Below are positions 36,477 to 46,784 of a stretch of DNA of 64,000 bases, one piece after another (position 1 is the first letter of the stretch; each line of letters opens with the position of its first letter). Location of the stretch: positions 1 to 64,000 of IMG/VR virus record IMGVR_UViG_3300008267_009160, one strand, 5' to 3'. Position numbers and translations under genes: made by a program. Source of the DNA: an uncultured virus (IMG/VR IMGVR_UViG_3300008267_009160). Lineage: Duplodnaviria > Heunggongvirae > Uroviricota > Caudoviricetes. A model generated the notes under the pieces. The model made no database searches. It was not told the DNA's origin and was given only the letters and a program-made list of their open reading frames with translations.

Positions 36477-36591
36477 AGTTTTAAATTTGTGCTCCCCTTA
36501 GGTGAGCGAGTTAATAAATATGTAACCGAGACCTGTCAAGTATCTCTTGCTTATATAAATATACGTAGTAAAAAAAAGAAAGCCAACTTTT

Positions 36592-37209
36592 TTAGCGGCT
36601 TTTCAAATAGTTTGTAATCACTCCTCCGAGAACTGCTGCCTCTACTTCTAACTCTCCAATTTCACTTCGAGTTAACTCTCGTTTCTTTTTAGTGTATTCG
36701 ACTCCGAGAGTACCAATGAGTTTATTCTCAATACAGAAAATTGCAAATCCATAGTAGCTTTTACATCCGGTTTCATCAGCTAAGTATTTCATTCCGTAGT
36801 TTTCAGTATCAGGGTCTTTAAAATCTGGAACCGCTAAGTACCCTTTATCGTATACCTCGGCTGTTGTTTTTGCAAACAGAGAAACTGGTATATTCTGAAA
36901 CATCATCTTAGTAGGAGGGATATCTGGTGCTGTTACTTCGTAGAAGATAGAAAACTTCTGAATAGATTTACCTGTTGGTGCGTAGTGTCCTCCGTTATGA
37001 AATTGAGTAATCCAAACTCGATCAGCTTGGTACCTGTCTTTGATTTCTTCTATTTTATGATCAATCGCTCTAGAGAAATTAATCTCTTCAGCAACAGTGT
37101 CTTTTTTCTGAGATTGTCTTGCTTTTATCCACTGTACGGCTATTGGCCCAGCGACACCTGTTAAAAAAGCTCCTAAAATAGTTGCTACTACTTCTTGATT
37201 CCAAGTCAT
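36592..37209 (-). CDS. N-terminal TM plus GAF-like domain protein (possible holin T-like)
   Basis: TM; ADRVWITQFHNGG; LIGTLGVEY. Confidence 0.6.
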   Translation of the reverse strand: MTWNQEVVATILGAFLTGVAGPIAVQWIKARQSQKKDTVAEEINFSRAIDHKIEEIKDRYQADRVWITQFHNGGHYAPTGKSIQKFSIFYEVTAPDIPPTKMMFQNIPVSLFAKTTAEVYDKGYLAVPDFKDPDTENYGMKYLADETGCKSYYGFAIFCIENKLIGTLGVEYTKKKRELTRSEIGELEVEAAVLGGVITNYLKSR

Positions 37210-37265
37210 TATAAGTACGGGATTTACAGTTTTTAATACTAATAAATAGTATAATTTTTCCGTAT

Positions 37266-38321
37266 TTAAAAAGTACTCTGCTTTTCGAATAAACTTAAAG
37301 CTTTCTCATACTCTACGTTGTAAACCTTCTTATTTTTTTGACCTGATATGATTTCAAGTTCGCTACATAAAGCAAGGAATTCGTTAATATCCTTTAAAGT
37401 ACACTGTACTTTTGCGTTGGATGCTAAAGCTTTTAGCTTTGCATTAGAGATAACGGATTCACCTTCTTTTTTTCTTCCGTTTTGAAAATATAAACGAAGT
37501 AATGTTAGATTTAGTTCTAGTTGTTTATATTTAGGAGTTGCTAAGACTTGCTTCATTTCTGAATAAGAAGTCCATTTATAGTATGCGCTAAAAGCTACTC
37601 CAATCAGTATAATAAGTTCTAGAAAAAAGACCATCACGGCAAATGCCAAACTATTCTGTTGAATCTTATCTTCTTGCTTTGTTAACTTACTACCTGTTTT
37701 TTGCTCAAGAATAGCAATACGGGAATCTCTTTCTTGCTCGTATTTCTTAACATCTGCTTCTAACTGCTTAACGGTATTTTGTTGTCGTCTACTAAGCACA
37801 CCATCTTCGTCGTTTTGTTGTATTGCTTGTATTTGCTGTTCTTTTAAAGCTATACGCTGCTGGTATACTGCAGTTATAGAGTCTGCTCCTCTAGTCTGTA
37901 TTGTATCTAGTTTAGACTCTACTGTAGCACTTGTATCAATCAACCTATGTGCTCCGTTTAAAGATAGATAGAAAGATCCAGCAACTAAAGTAAGACATAC
38001 TATAATACCCGATGCTATGTTTACTGTTAATCTTTTTAGACGTAGTATAGTTGCTGTAAGCTGTTCAAAAGCAAATCTCTTAAACAACTCATACCCTGTC
38101 ATAAAGAGTATAATAAAAACGGAAAAGAATAGATCTTGTCCGGAAAATAAGCTAGGTATACTATTGGTTACATCCTTAATAAAAAAGTAACTAAATAGTA
38201 TTAGAAAAATATTTCCTAGAAAAGAAAAGTAATACAGAGTACTACTTAGGGGCTTGAAGTTTTTTTCGAAGTTAAAAGTTTCTAGGTCTGTTTTTAACTT
38301 GTTATACTTATCTAGTTTCAT
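37266..38321 (-). CDS. multi-pass membrane protein with coiled coil
   Basis: Three N-terminal TMs, coiled coil, fourth TM. Confidence 0.7.
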   Translation of the reverse strand: MKLDKYNKLKTDLETFNFEKNFKPLSSTLYYFSFLGNIFLILFSYFFIKDVTNSIPSLFSGQDLFFSVFIILFMTGYELFKRFAFEQLTATILRLKRLTVNIASGIIVCLTLVAGSFYLSLNGAHRLIDTSATVESKLDTIQTRGADSITAVYQQRIALKEQQIQAIQQNDEDGVLSRRQQNTVKQLEADVKKYEQERDSRIAILEQKTGSKLTKQEDKIQQNSLAFAVMVFFLELIILIGVAFSAYYKWTSYSEMKQVLATPKYKQLELNLTLLRLYFQNGRKKEGESVISNAKLKALASNAKVQCTLKDINEFLALCSELEIISGQKNKKVYNVEYEKALSLFEKQSTF

Positions 38322-38325
38322 AATT

Positions 38326-38496
38326 TTAGAATTCTTCTATGATTCCTAATATTTCAGCGCCAACCAGTAATCCTCCTGCTGCATTAAAATACCACTGATC
38401 GGCATACATAAATGCGAAGCCAGCAAATACTCTAACAATGGATTTAGCTATGCTGATTCTAAAATGCCAGGTTGATTTACTTTCTTTCGGTTGCAT
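38326..38496 (-). CDS. small membrane protein (56 aa)
   Basis: Hand-translated MQPKESKSTWHFRISIAKSIVRVFAGFAF...AEILGIIEEF. Confidence 0.7.
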   Translation of the reverse strand: MQPKESKSTWHFRISIAKSIVRVFAGFAFMYADQWYFNAAGGLLVGAEILGIIEEF

Positions 38497-38990
38497 TAGT
38501 AGTTGGTTTTATTTTGAAACTGTCCGTTATATAGTTCTGCAGGAGTTGGATTTTTAATCATATAAAGCTGACACACTCTAGCATTCTCTTCAATGAAAAT
38601 TGTATCCGATTCTACAAACATTGTTGTTCCCATTGTTTCAGTTTCGAAACCTGGATCCCAGATAGGACTGTTTATCTTAGCTCCTCCTCTGTAGATAGAA
38701 GATCTAGATGTGATAAAACCAGTTGCATTAGCAGGAATCTTAATACCTTCGTTAAAGGTTAATGCGTAGGGACCTTTTGTAAGTCTCCACACTTTCCTCC
38801 CGTCTATATTCTGAAGAGGTACTCTATCAAAACTTTCTGGTTTGACAATGGTTTTTTCTTTTAATACCATGATTCCTCCGAGTATTCTTTCAATCTTCTG
38901 AACGGATAAATCTATACCGACCTGATTGACTTTATGCAAGCTCTGTGGGGCTACTAGATGTGCTAGTACTTCTTCTCCTGTTAGTAACAT
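38496..38990 (-). CDS. dUTPase/dCTP deaminase family
   Basis: QVGIDLSV, SRSSIYR, WDPGF, RVCQL, YNGQFQ. Confidence 0.82.
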   Translation of the reverse strand: MLLTGEEVLAHLVAPQSLHKVNQVGIDLSVQKIERILGGIMVLKEKTIVKPESFDRVPLQNIDGRKVWRLTKGPYALTFNEGIKIPANATGFITSRSSIYRGGAKINSPIWDPGFETETMGTTMFVESDTIFIEENARVCQLYMIKNPTPAELYNGQFQNKTNY

Positions 38991-38996
38991 ATTAGT

Positions 38997-39389
38997 TTAA
39001 ATTGGCTCTATAGAATGTGATTGCAATAAGTTTTGTAGATGTATGTAGTAAACATCCCGGGTTGTTGATTCTAAAATATCTCCTACTTCAAACTTCTTTT
39101 CAAAATCTCCTGATTTGAGTAGGAAAGGACTGAGTACTCTAAATTGTCTAGTTCCTTCGTAGACATACTGTGATTCTAATACAGGAGTGGGGATTGTCGG
39201 AGGTGTAGTCTGTGCATAAGGAAATACTTTGTTAAGTACTTGACGTCTTTTATTACATCCACAGTCTTCTTTGCCCATAGCTCGAGCTACACCTTCTGCT
39301 ACTTTATCTATTCCTATTGCATGAGTAATTTTTGCAATAGTATCTCCTAAACCTTCGCTAGGATTTTGAGGGTTAAAATCTTGTGACAT
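38997..39389 (-). CDS. hypothetical protein
   Basis: GLGDTIAKITHAIGI...DCGCNKRRQVLN motif. Confidence 0.7.
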   Translation of the reverse strand: MSQDFNPQNPSEGLGDTIAKITHAIGIDKVAEGVARAMGKEDCGCNKRRQVLNKVFPYAQTTPPTIPTPVLESQYVYEGTRQFRVLSPFLLKSGDFEKKFEVGDILESTTRDVYYIHLQNLLQSHSIEPI

Positions 39390-39407
39390 ATCTATAAATA
39401 GTTAAAA

Positions 39408-40130
39408 TTAGCATTTATTTACTGCGTTTCTTACGTACATATAGAACTCCTCACGGCATTCTGGCTCGTTAAGGAATGCTCCGGAAAGCTTAGCTGTCTG
39501 CATAGAAGCACCTTGATGCTTAACTCCGCGGCATGATACACAACTATGTTTACTGTCTACAACCACCGCTACTCCTAGGTTATCTGGTATAACAGTATTC
39601 AGGGTATCAAAGATCTGCATAGTTAAATCTTCTTGAATCTGACCTCTTCTAGAATACTGTTCTACTATTCTGTTTAATTTAGAGAGTCCCATTACTTGCT
39701 TAGATTCTCCTGGTATGTAACCTACGTGACATACACCTAAAATCTGCTGATGGTGATGTGCGCATTGAGAGAATACCGGAATATTAGTCTCTACAATAAT
39801 ACCGTCGTAGTTCGAAGGAAAGGTTGTAATCTCACTCATAAGATCGTACCTACCTTTCCAGAGATCATTTACATAGGCCTTAGCTACGCGCTTAGGTGTA
39901 TTCTCACTATTCGGATCACTTTGCCAATTAACACCGAGGGCGTTTAGGAACTTACCGTAGTGGTGTGCTGCTTCAGTAATAATAGCATCTTTTTCTTCTG
40001 AGTTTAGAGAGCGATGCTCTCCTTTGTAAATTAAGTTTGCTAATTGAGTAGAAACTCCGTTAGCAAAACCTACTGTAGACTCTTCGAGTTTTTCAATATT
40101 AACTGTTAACGGTTTTTGCTTGTTGCTCAT
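39408..40130 (-). CDS. folE: GTP cyclohydrolase I
   Basis: TPKRVAK, SQCAHHH, GLSKLNR, QIQEDLT, HSCVSCRGV. Confidence 0.95.
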   Translation of the reverse strand: MSNKQKPLTVNIEKLEESTVGFANGVSTQLANLIYKGEHRSLNSEEKDAIITEAAHHYGKFLNALGVNWQSDPNSENTPKRVAKAYVNDLWKGRYDLMSEITTFPSNYDGIIVETNIPVFSQCAHHHQQILGVCHVGYIPGESKQVMGLSKLNRIVEQYSRRGQIQEDLTMQIFDTLNTVIPDNLGVAVVVDSKHSCVSCRGVKHQGASMQTAKLSGAFLNEPECREEFYMYVRNAVNKC

Positions 40131-40317
40131 ATTTCTTTAATTGTTCTTTTAATTTATCGATTTGTTCTTGAAGTTCCAACGTTTTTTGGGAATGCAAAGT
40201 AATTAATCCTACAATATTAACACTCACTACAGTTTCAAACTGAGTGAATCTGAACCATACGTAGGCTTGTGCACCACAGAGTGTTAGCAGTACTATTGTG
40301 AAGATGTCAAAGCTCAT
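40099..40317 (-). CDS. small membrane protein
   Basis: N-terminal hydrophobic helix plus coiled coil. Confidence 0.6.
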   Translation of the reverse strand: MSFDIFTIVLLTLCGAQAYVWFRFTQFETVVSVNIVGLITLHSQKTLELQEQIDKLKEQLKKYEQQAKTVNS

Positions 40318-40327
40318 TTATTTTGTT

Positions 40328-40699
40328 TTAATTTTTATCGTAACATTCTTTACATAATTGTCCTGCTCCTTCAACGTACCCGTACCTGAAGTTAATATTA
40401 ACATCGTAAGTGTAAGGAGTTTCTTTGCCGCAGATAATGCAATGCTCTATACTGTTAGAGTTTAACTCTCCTGGAACTTCAATACCCCAGCAGTTTGGGC
40501 CGCCGTCGTAAGTCATTCTCTTACTCCAAAGGTCCGGTGCTTTTCTCATAAAATAACCTAGGTCGTAGTTATTAGGAAGCAGTAGTGTAAGTCGTCTTAG
40601 AACCTCGTAGACATCTTCTGGTGTTTTAGCTTTTTTAAGCTTTTCTTCTAGGTTTGTAATAGCATTAAGAGTGTGCTGGTTAAAGGTGGGAGTATTCAT
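40328..40699 (-). CDS. hypothetical protein with C-terminal Zn finger
   Basis: CIICG...YVEGAGQLCKEC. Confidence 0.65.
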   Translation of the reverse strand: MNTPTFNQHTLNAITNLEEKLKKAKTPEDVYEVLRRLTLLLPNNYDLGYFMRKAPDLWSKRMTYDGGPNCWGIEVPGELNSNSIEHCIICGKETPYTYDVNINFRYGYVEGAGQLCKECYDKN

Positions 40700-40709
40700 A
40701 ATTAAACAT

Positions 40710-41573
40710 TTACTTTTCTAATTGTTGTATGTAGTTTAATAATCTGTCTTTAGGTGCCCATCCTAATCTTTCTACAGCATCACTATTAACACGTAAAGTC
40801 TTTCTATAATTACCTTGTTGCTCTGGGATGTTTATTGTTTCACATCCGAATTTATCGCAGAACATTTTAGCTACTTCGTTTACAGAGTAGTTACATCCTG
40901 TACCTAGCTCCCAAGCATCTTCATGCTTCTCATCAGACTCGGCAACTCTTATAAGCCCATCTACGATATCTTGAACGTGTGTGAAATCTCTACGTTGCTC
41001 TCCATCACCTACAATCGTCAGTTTCTCATTATTCTGAAGCTGTTTTCTCCACACCCCGATTACTGCAGCCATATGACTGTCTACTAGCTCACCAGGACCG
41101 TATACATTATAGAATCTAACGATTTCTGCGTTAAGCCCAAAACATTTAGTGCTCATCTTTATCCACTGCTCTCCCATGTACTTTGTCATAGCGTAGGGGG
41201 ATAATTCTGGGTTGTGGTGTTTAGATGATGATCCTGCGTATATAAGTTTAGCGCTTACTTTCAAAGCGTAATCAACTACCTGTCTAGTTCCCTCTACATT
41301 AGAGGTAAAAGTTTGTCTAGGTTGTGCAAAAGAAGGTTGAATTCTACTTAACGCGGCAAGATGAAAAATATACTTATAATTCTTTAAAGCAACATTTTCC
41401 ATGGCTCTTACATCACCTCCTAGGAAATTTGCACCTATCAGGTCAACATCCTTGGCTTCTTTTCCTATACTTAAATTATCTATTACATCGACATTATAGC
41501 CTCTGAGTAGAAGCTCTTTAGTTAGGGCATATCCTACAAAGCCACATCCTCCGGTTACTAGTACATTTTCCAT
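40710..41573 (-). CDS. NAD-dependent epimerase/dehydratase
   Basis: VTGGCGFVG, FHLAA, YAMTK, RFYNVYGP, GDGEQRRDFTHV. Confidence 0.9.
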   Translation of the reverse strand: MENVLVTGGCGFVGYALTKELLLRGYNVDVIDNLSIGKEAKDVDLIGANFLGGDVRAMENVALKNYKYIFHLAALSRIQPSFAQPRQTFTSNVEGTRQVVDYALKVSAKLIYAGSSSKHHNPELSPYAMTKYMGEQWIKMSTKCFGLNAEIVRFYNVYGPGELVDSHMAAVIGVWRKQLQNNEKLTIVGDGEQRRDFTHVQDIVDGLIRVAESDEKHEDAWELGTGCNYSVNEVAKMFCDKFGCETINIPEQQGNYRKTLRVNSDAVERLGWAPKDRLLNYIQQLEK

Positions 41574-41576
41574 AGT

Positions 41577-42413
41577 TTATACATTTAATGTTTTATTCCA
41601 AGCTGCAATATGCAAACGAGTTAATCCTCTAAAGCGGTATTTTTTAGCCATTTCAAGACAGAACTGAGTGCGTTCTTCAAAATCAGCTACATCGTCTAAT
41701 CCAGGCATACAAACTATATTCTTAAGAGGAATATTTAACGGAGTTACAAATTCTTCAAATATCTCCTTAACATCTTCTTCGGTACTGATAACGAATTTAA
41801 ACTGGTAGTTTTTATGCTCCATAATACGCTTAAGAGCTGCTTCATTAAAGCGTTGTGATTTAGTCATCCCCGAGTTTGCTAGCTTAGGAGAGCAATTAAT
41901 CTGGTCGAGCATTTTAAAGAGAGGTTCGTCAATATAGACTGTGCCGTTGGTTTCAATCTCGTAATACGGTCTGACAGTGTTATCGAGGTGTCTTGCAAGC
42001 CAGTAATTGGTAAAGTTAACGATTGATTGTTGATGTCCTTTTATTGTCGGTTCGCCGCCAGTCCAAATAATATGAACATTGCCATCTAGAATATCCTCGT
42101 AAACACCTTCTTCTTTCCATCGGTTAATTAGGTATTCGAATTCTTTATCTTCTCCTCTCCACAACCACTGGCTTGTACTATCACAAGTCCAGGTTGCTTT
42201 ACCTTCAGCATGTAAGTCTCCTATAAAGATTTCTCCATCTTCTAGCTTCTGCTCTTTAGCTAACATATTAGTGAATACTCTACTCATACCGCAAGTAAGG
42301 TTGCAGATACCTAAACGAACAAAGTAAGAAGGTATTCCCGAAGAGATGCCTTCACCTTGTATTGAGTAGAAGTCAGAGCTGATTAATAATTTTTTTGGAT
42401 CTATTTTACTCAT
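41577..42413 (-). CDS. queE: 7-carboxy-7-deazaguanine synthase (radical SAM)
   Basis: FYSIQGEG, RLGICNLTC with insertion before WTCDS, TGGEP, IETNG, SPKL. Confidence 0.9.
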   Translation of the reverse strand: MSKIDPKKLLISSDFYSIQGEGISSGIPSYFVRLGICNLTCGMSRVFTNMLAKEQKLEDGEIFIGDLHAEGKATWTCDSTSQWLWRGEDKEFEYLINRWKEEGVYEDILDGNVHIIWTGGEPTIKGHQQSIVNFTNYWLARHLDNTVRPYYEIETNGTVYIDEPLFKMLDQINCSPKLANSGMTKSQRFNEAALKRIMEHKNYQFKFVISTEEDVKEIFEEFVTPLNIPLKNIVCMPGLDDVADFEERTQFCLEMAKKYRFRGLTRLHIAAWNKTLNV

Positions 42414-42661
42414 AATTTACTTTTTTGTTCTTGTATAAATTGAAGATAAGGAATCCATTTTACATATGTAAGTTCTTCGTCTGGGAATCCTAATAGTATA
42501 TTGCCGGTTTCGTCTTTTGCTATCATAGTAAATCCGAAGCCTTCACATATCATATGAATTCCGTATTCAGGTTCTAGAGCTTCTGCTTCTTTTTCGATAT
42601 CGAAATCCCAAGGAAATTCCGGGTCATTTATTTCGCAGTATTGTTTACTAAACTCTGCCAT
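42410..42661 (-). CDS. hypothetical protein
   Basis: MAEFSKQYC...ICEGFG. Confidence 0.65.
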   Translation of the reverse strand: MAEFSKQYCEINDPEFPWDFDIEKEAEALEPEYGIHMICEGFGFTMIAKDETGNILLGFPDEELTYVKWIPYLQFIQEQKSKL

Positions 42662-42791
42662 TTGTAATCGTTTTTATATAATTTAAAACAAAACTAACAT
42701 TAGGCCATTCGGTTACTGCTGCAAAAAAACTAAGGTGTTTTTCTCCGCAGAGGCCTATTGCATGTTCTAAAGCGTGCAATACTTCGCTCAT
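42648..42791 (-). CDS. small hypothetical protein (47 aa)
   Basis: Hand-translated MSEVLHALEHAIGLCGEKHLSFF...; overlaps both neighbours' ends. Confidence 0.55.
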   Translation of the reverse strand: MSEVLHALEHAIGLCGEKHLSFFAAVTEWPNVSFVLNYIKTITNGRV

Positions 42792-43018
42792 CAGTCTTGT
42801 CTTTGTTTTTCTTTAATCTGCTTTCTACGAGCAGCTTTCTTAGAGATAGTCTTTTCTTTCTTCTGCTCTTGAACTTCTTGCTGTTCAGTTTTTTCTCGAG
42901 TTAAAGCTTTCCATTCGGATTTAGCTACATACTGCCATTCTCTGCCTACCATGTTGTAAGCTTGTTGATCTGTAACACGGATAATGTTTCCGGTCTTTTC
43001 GCTTTTTAAACACTTCAT
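42791..43018 (-). CDS. hypothetical basic protein
   Basis: 75-aa ORF. Confidence 0.65.
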   Translation of the reverse strand: MKCLKSEKTGNIIRVTDQQAYNMVGREWQYVAKSEWKALTREKTEQQEVQEQKKEKTISKKAARRKQIKEKQRQD

Positions 43019-43041
43019 TGGTTATTCCTCCATGTTTTAGG

Positions 43042-43560
43042 TTATAGAAATTTTGAAATTTGACTTAGACGCTCTTCTACCGTGCCTCTTAGTACCACTA
43101 CTTTTTCTTCTGGGATATGTTGCTTTATAAATTGTATGATAATATCGTCAATCTTACTTTGTAATTCTTGCCAAGCTCCACCGGGCCTACCTTCATCTAT
43201 AACATAACCAAACTCAATAGGTATGTAAAAAAAGTACTCTACCCGGTCTTTAGTTTCCTCAAACAAATTTATAATTCCTTCAACATCTACATCGGGTGCT
43301 AGTATTTGAGAGTATATAATACAGTCAATTACGCTTCGAGTACTAATTACGTTCTTATGAGTAAGGTAATTCTGATATGCCCAAGCAGAAAGTTCGTTAA
43401 TTACGTATTGCTGTTCGTCGAGAGAAAAATCTAACGATTTAGCAATCTTAGTTACCGGCCTTGAAAATCCATCTGTAACATAGTAATCTGGATAGTGCTT
43501 AGCAACTTCCTTAAGCAGAGTACTTTTGCCTACTCCGTGAGCTCCTAGTAGTATTTTCAT
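43042..43560 (-). CDS. P-loop nucleotide kinase-like (AAA_28/NadR type)
   Basis: GAHGVGKST, TRSVIDC, LRGTVEER. Confidence 0.78.
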   Translation of the reverse strand: MKILLGAHGVGKSTLLKEVAKHYPDYYVTDGFSRPVTKIAKSLDFSLDEQQYVINELSAWAYQNYLTHKNVISTRSVIDCIIYSQILAPDVDVEGIINLFEETKDRVEYFFYIPIEFGYVIDEGRPGGAWQELQSKIDDIIIQFIKQHIPEEKVVVLRGTVEERLSQISKFL

Positions 43561-43587
43561 TAAGTCTTTTGTTAAAGATAAGCTTTA

Positions 43588-44190
43588 TTATTGGAACTGC
43601 CAAACTTTAGTAAAGAAATATTTCCAAGATTCTAAGGAAGTTCTCCTCAGTAATGCATAAGCATGATCCGCATTAATAGTTATATTCTTTGTCCTAACCT
43701 CAGCTACTACTCTACCGGAATCTAATTGTGGGATTACTTCATGTATAACACTACCGCAGTCCGGATAGTCTGCTTGCTTTCCAGCAATTGCTTCTTGCAT
43801 ATTAAATCCTTTTAACTCAGGATACTTAGTTATAAGAGCAGGATGTCCATTGTAGATACTACCTGCGTATCGACCAAAAAACCCTGCTGGAATTATTCTC
43901 AAGTAACCGTGTAGTGTTATAAGTTTCTTGCTCAACAAAGTTTTACTTAGGTAGTCTTCTAAGACAGGCTTAAACGGTATAATCATTATGTCTACCTCAT
44001 TCTGCTTAAATATCTCCAGGTTTTCTGCTGTTATCTTACCTAGGTTATTGGTTACAACAAGACTGGGGAGATACCCAATCTCTTTACTTATAGCTATTAC
44101 TTCAGATCCAGTTTGAGAAATAAGTACTCCCCAGCTTTCTTGCTTTTTCATATTACTGTCCCATTGCTTTTTTAGTGTATACTTTTGCAT
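43588..44190 (-). CDS. PurN-like formyltransferase (candidate DpdN)
   Basis: LHGYLRII, NGHPALI, GSVIHEV...LDSG; true start probably MKKQES. Confidence 0.82.
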   Translation of the reverse strand: MQKYTLKKQWDSNMKKQESWGVLISQTGSEVIAISKEIGYLPSLVVTNNLGKITAENLEIFKQNEVDIMIIPFKPVLEDYLSKTLLSKKLITLHGYLRIIPAGFFGRYAGSIYNGHPALITKYPELKGFNMQEAIAGKQADYPDCGSVIHEVIPQLDSGRVVAEVRTKNITINADHAYALLRRTSLESWKYFFTKVWQFQ

Positions 44191-45067
44191 CGATTAATGC
44201 TTGTGGTATTAAATCCAGCCTAGTAGCACGTACAGGGTTGATATCTAAAGATCCTCTTCTAGAATACAGTAACATTACAACACAATCTTTTACTTGAGGA
44301 ACACTCGTTAGAGCTGTAAACAGCTTTTCACTACAAAATTCATGAAACTCATTAACTTCCCTCAAGGCTATAACCTCTTTTAATAAGGATTGTAAATCTA
44401 AAATACCACCCTCAGTTTTAATGTGAAAATAAGCTGCTCCAGTATCTTTCTGCTTAGTATGTCGACATCTAGAACGTAGTGCGTTAGTGAAAACTTTAAA
44501 CTCACTGCCATGCCCTTCTTTTATTTTAAAATGAAAATTCTCGGCAGTATAGTCTGTTATCTCCATTTTCTCTAGCTTTTCATCGCCGATATAACCTTCC
44601 AGTAGCCTGTATCCTGAAGCTGGATCTGCTTCTACTAGTACGTCAAGCTCATCACCAGGTCTAAAGAATCCAACTTCAACCGGAGCTTGAATAGCTTCTG
44701 AAATATCATGTTTAACTTGAGCTTCATATGCTGCGATTGCTTCTTTAATGGTACCTCCCATCTTACACATATCAAAAGTATTCAAGTAAAGTTTAAAAGA
44801 TTTAGACTCTACCATAAACTCTGATGATGCAGGATATACAATTTTTAAAGTTCCAGCTACAGGAAGTCCGTTGTTAAGTAGGAAAGTAGCTTCGTGACAA
44901 TGCCATGTATCGTATCCTACAAACTCGTCCCCTTTAATGCCCCAATCTTCTCTAGCTAGCTTTCTAGGCATCGGCACTAGGAAAGAAGAATCAAATTTAT
45001 CTGTTGTGATTGCGTAACTGCCCTGTTGACCTAGGTGCTTACTTGCAATGTCGTTCATTCCACTCAT
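44153..45067 (-). CDS. queF: NADPH-dependent preQ0 reductase (two-domain type)
   Basis: VESKSFKLYLN, LRSRCRHTKQKDTG, EFHEFC, YSRRGSLDINPVR. Confidence 0.9.
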   Translation of the reverse strand: MSGMNDIASKHLGQQGSYAITTDKFDSSFLVPMPRKLAREDWGIKGDEFVGYDTWHCHEATFLLNNGLPVAGTLKIVYPASSEFMVESKSFKLYLNTFDMCKMGGTIKEAIAAYEAQVKHDISEAIQAPVEVGFFRPGDELDVLVEADPASGYRLLEGYIGDEKLEKMEITDYTAENFHFKIKEGHGSEFKVFTNALRSRCRHTKQKDTGAAYFHIKTEGGILDLQSLLKEVIALREVNEFHEFCSEKLFTALTSVPQVKDCVVMLLYSRRGSLDINPVRATRLDLIPQALIDAKVYTKKAMGQ

Positions 45068-45873
45068 AGTTTTTTTCCTTTTATAATTTGACGAATAGTT
45101 AAGACGTTATGTGAGATAGATCTCATTTGATCTGGAGTTATTGTTCTATCCAGGTTATCGGCAAGCTTCTCTTTAGGTTTAGGTTTGTCTGTTCCTCCCC
45201 AGCTAAAGTTAATATCGTTCCAGCCGTATACAATAGGTGCAGAAGAATCTACAGAGTAGATAAGTTCTTTATCCTCTTTTGTATAGAGTACATACTCGGA
45301 ATAATTTTGAAGACCTAAGAGATGCACCTGTAAGTGATTATCCTTCAATACGTTCTTCATATGCTGAAAGACAATATAACGTATGTTATGGTAGTCTGTG
45401 CCTGGAATGGTATCGTAAGGCATAGCTACGATCTCAATTGCTGGGCATTGTCTTTTCCAGTAGGTAATCTCGTTAAGAGATTTGTATAGCTCTCCCATAT
45501 TGGTACCTTGTATAACAGCAATAAGCTTGAAAGGTATTCTATGTAAGCTTCCATATCTGTTTTCTAAAAACGAAAGGAATGCTTTTAAGAACTCGATAGT
45601 TTTATCACAATCGTTAACCCAGTCGGGAACTACTACATGGGTAGGTTTAACGCGTTCTGCTGCTTCAATTAAGATTTCAAAATCAACAGATTTTCCTAAT
45701 TCAAAAGCACTATTATCTAAAATAGAAAAAGTTGCATTTTTACACTTTCTAATATAGAAGTCTGTATACTCTTGATCTTGTCCAATCAAGTGAGCTAGCA
45801 CATAAGGGTAGTCGTTAATAAGGTCGTGAATAGGAAATAACTGCTTTGGAATTTCGTGGCTAATTAAGGTCAT
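45064..45873 (-). CDS. TGT/DpdA-like 7-deazaguanine transglycosylase-family protein
   Basis: ILDNSAFELG, AVIQG, VHLLG, SVDSS; lies between queC and queF. Confidence 0.7.
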   Translation of the reverse strand: MTLISHEIPKQLFPIHDLINDYPYVLAHLIGQDQEYTDFYIRKCKNATFSILDNSAFELGKSVDFEILIEAAERVKPTHVVVPDWVNDCDKTIEFLKAFLSFLENRYGSLHRIPFKLIAVIQGTNMGELYKSLNEITYWKRQCPAIEIVAMPYDTIPGTDYHNIRYIVFQHMKNVLKDNHLQVHLLGLQNYSEYVLYTKEDKELIYSVDSSAPIVYGWNDINFSWGGTDKPKPKEKLADNLDRTITPDQMRSISHNVLTIRQIIKGKKL

Positions 45874-45879
45874 TTTATT

Positions 45880-46740
45880 TTATTTTTGATATTCTGCTAA
45901 TACTTTTTCAACATGCTCTTTAGCTACAGTCCATTTTACAGGCCCAGTTTCGTCAGCATAAGCTACAGGATCAGGACGACCTAGCTTAATAAATGCTTCA
46001 ATACGCTCTACTGATGCTGCTGATTTATAGTCTGAATACCAGTCTAATTCAGTACTAGCATTTGTTGCGAAAGAGATCGGCTTGTAGCTGGTATTAGTAC
46101 GTTTATATACTTCGTTAAAATCTAAACCTAGTGCTTCGCAGCATTCTTCTCCATCTTTTAAAATATCAAATTTATTTAGTTCAAGATAAGGAGTATAGTG
46201 TGATACTAAATGCGAATCCCAATTACCAATTTTAAATGCTTCAAAATCAGCATCACGAAACTCTTGTCTACAATCAGGATAAATTGCATGATCGCCGGCA
46301 TGTATTCCCATTGCAATAACTACCTCTTGACCTACAGCACAATCATCTGTAATCGTTTTTGTTGCAATTGAAAGTGCTACTGCTTGAATAAGTGAAGCAA
46401 AGATTTTATTACGGTTAGGAACAACGGTATCTTTCATATTGTCCTGCTCATAATGTCCTTCTGGAACATCCCATCCTCCTTCTACGAGAGCAGAATTAAG
46501 GAGTTTTGTTATTCCGTCAATTTTAATAACCTGATGTCTTACAAAATTGTCTGTTTTTGTAAAAAACATTTTATCGTTAATATAACCCACTAGGGATTTA
46601 GCTCTTTCTAATTCGACTTTATGCTTTTGGCCATAGTCAAAACTAAGAGCTGTTACTTCGTAGCCGTTAGCTAGAAGGTGTAAAAGGAGAGTAGAGGAAT
46701 CCATTCCTCCTGAAAGGCTGAGAACTGCTTGCTTTTTCAT
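45880..46740 (-). CDS. queC: 7-cyano-7-deazaguanine synthase
   Basis: SLSGGMDSS, FDYGQKH, VVPNRN, YPDCR. Confidence 0.93.
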   Translation of the reverse strand: MKKQAVLSLSGGMDSSTLLLHLLANGYEVTALSFDYGQKHKVELERAKSLVGYINDKMFFTKTDNFVRHQVIKIDGITKLLNSALVEGGWDVPEGHYEQDNMKDTVVPNRNKIFASLIQAVALSIATKTITDDCAVGQEVVIAMGIHAGDHAIYPDCRQEFRDADFEAFKIGNWDSHLVSHYTPYLELNKFDILKDGEECCEALGLDFNEVYKRTNTSYKPISFATNASTELDWYSDYKSAASVERIEAFIKLGRPDPVAYADETGPVKWTVAKEHVEKVLAEYQK

Positions 46741-46784
46741 CTTTTAAAGTATATTGTTTGAGGAAGTATTTACTTATTAAACGC

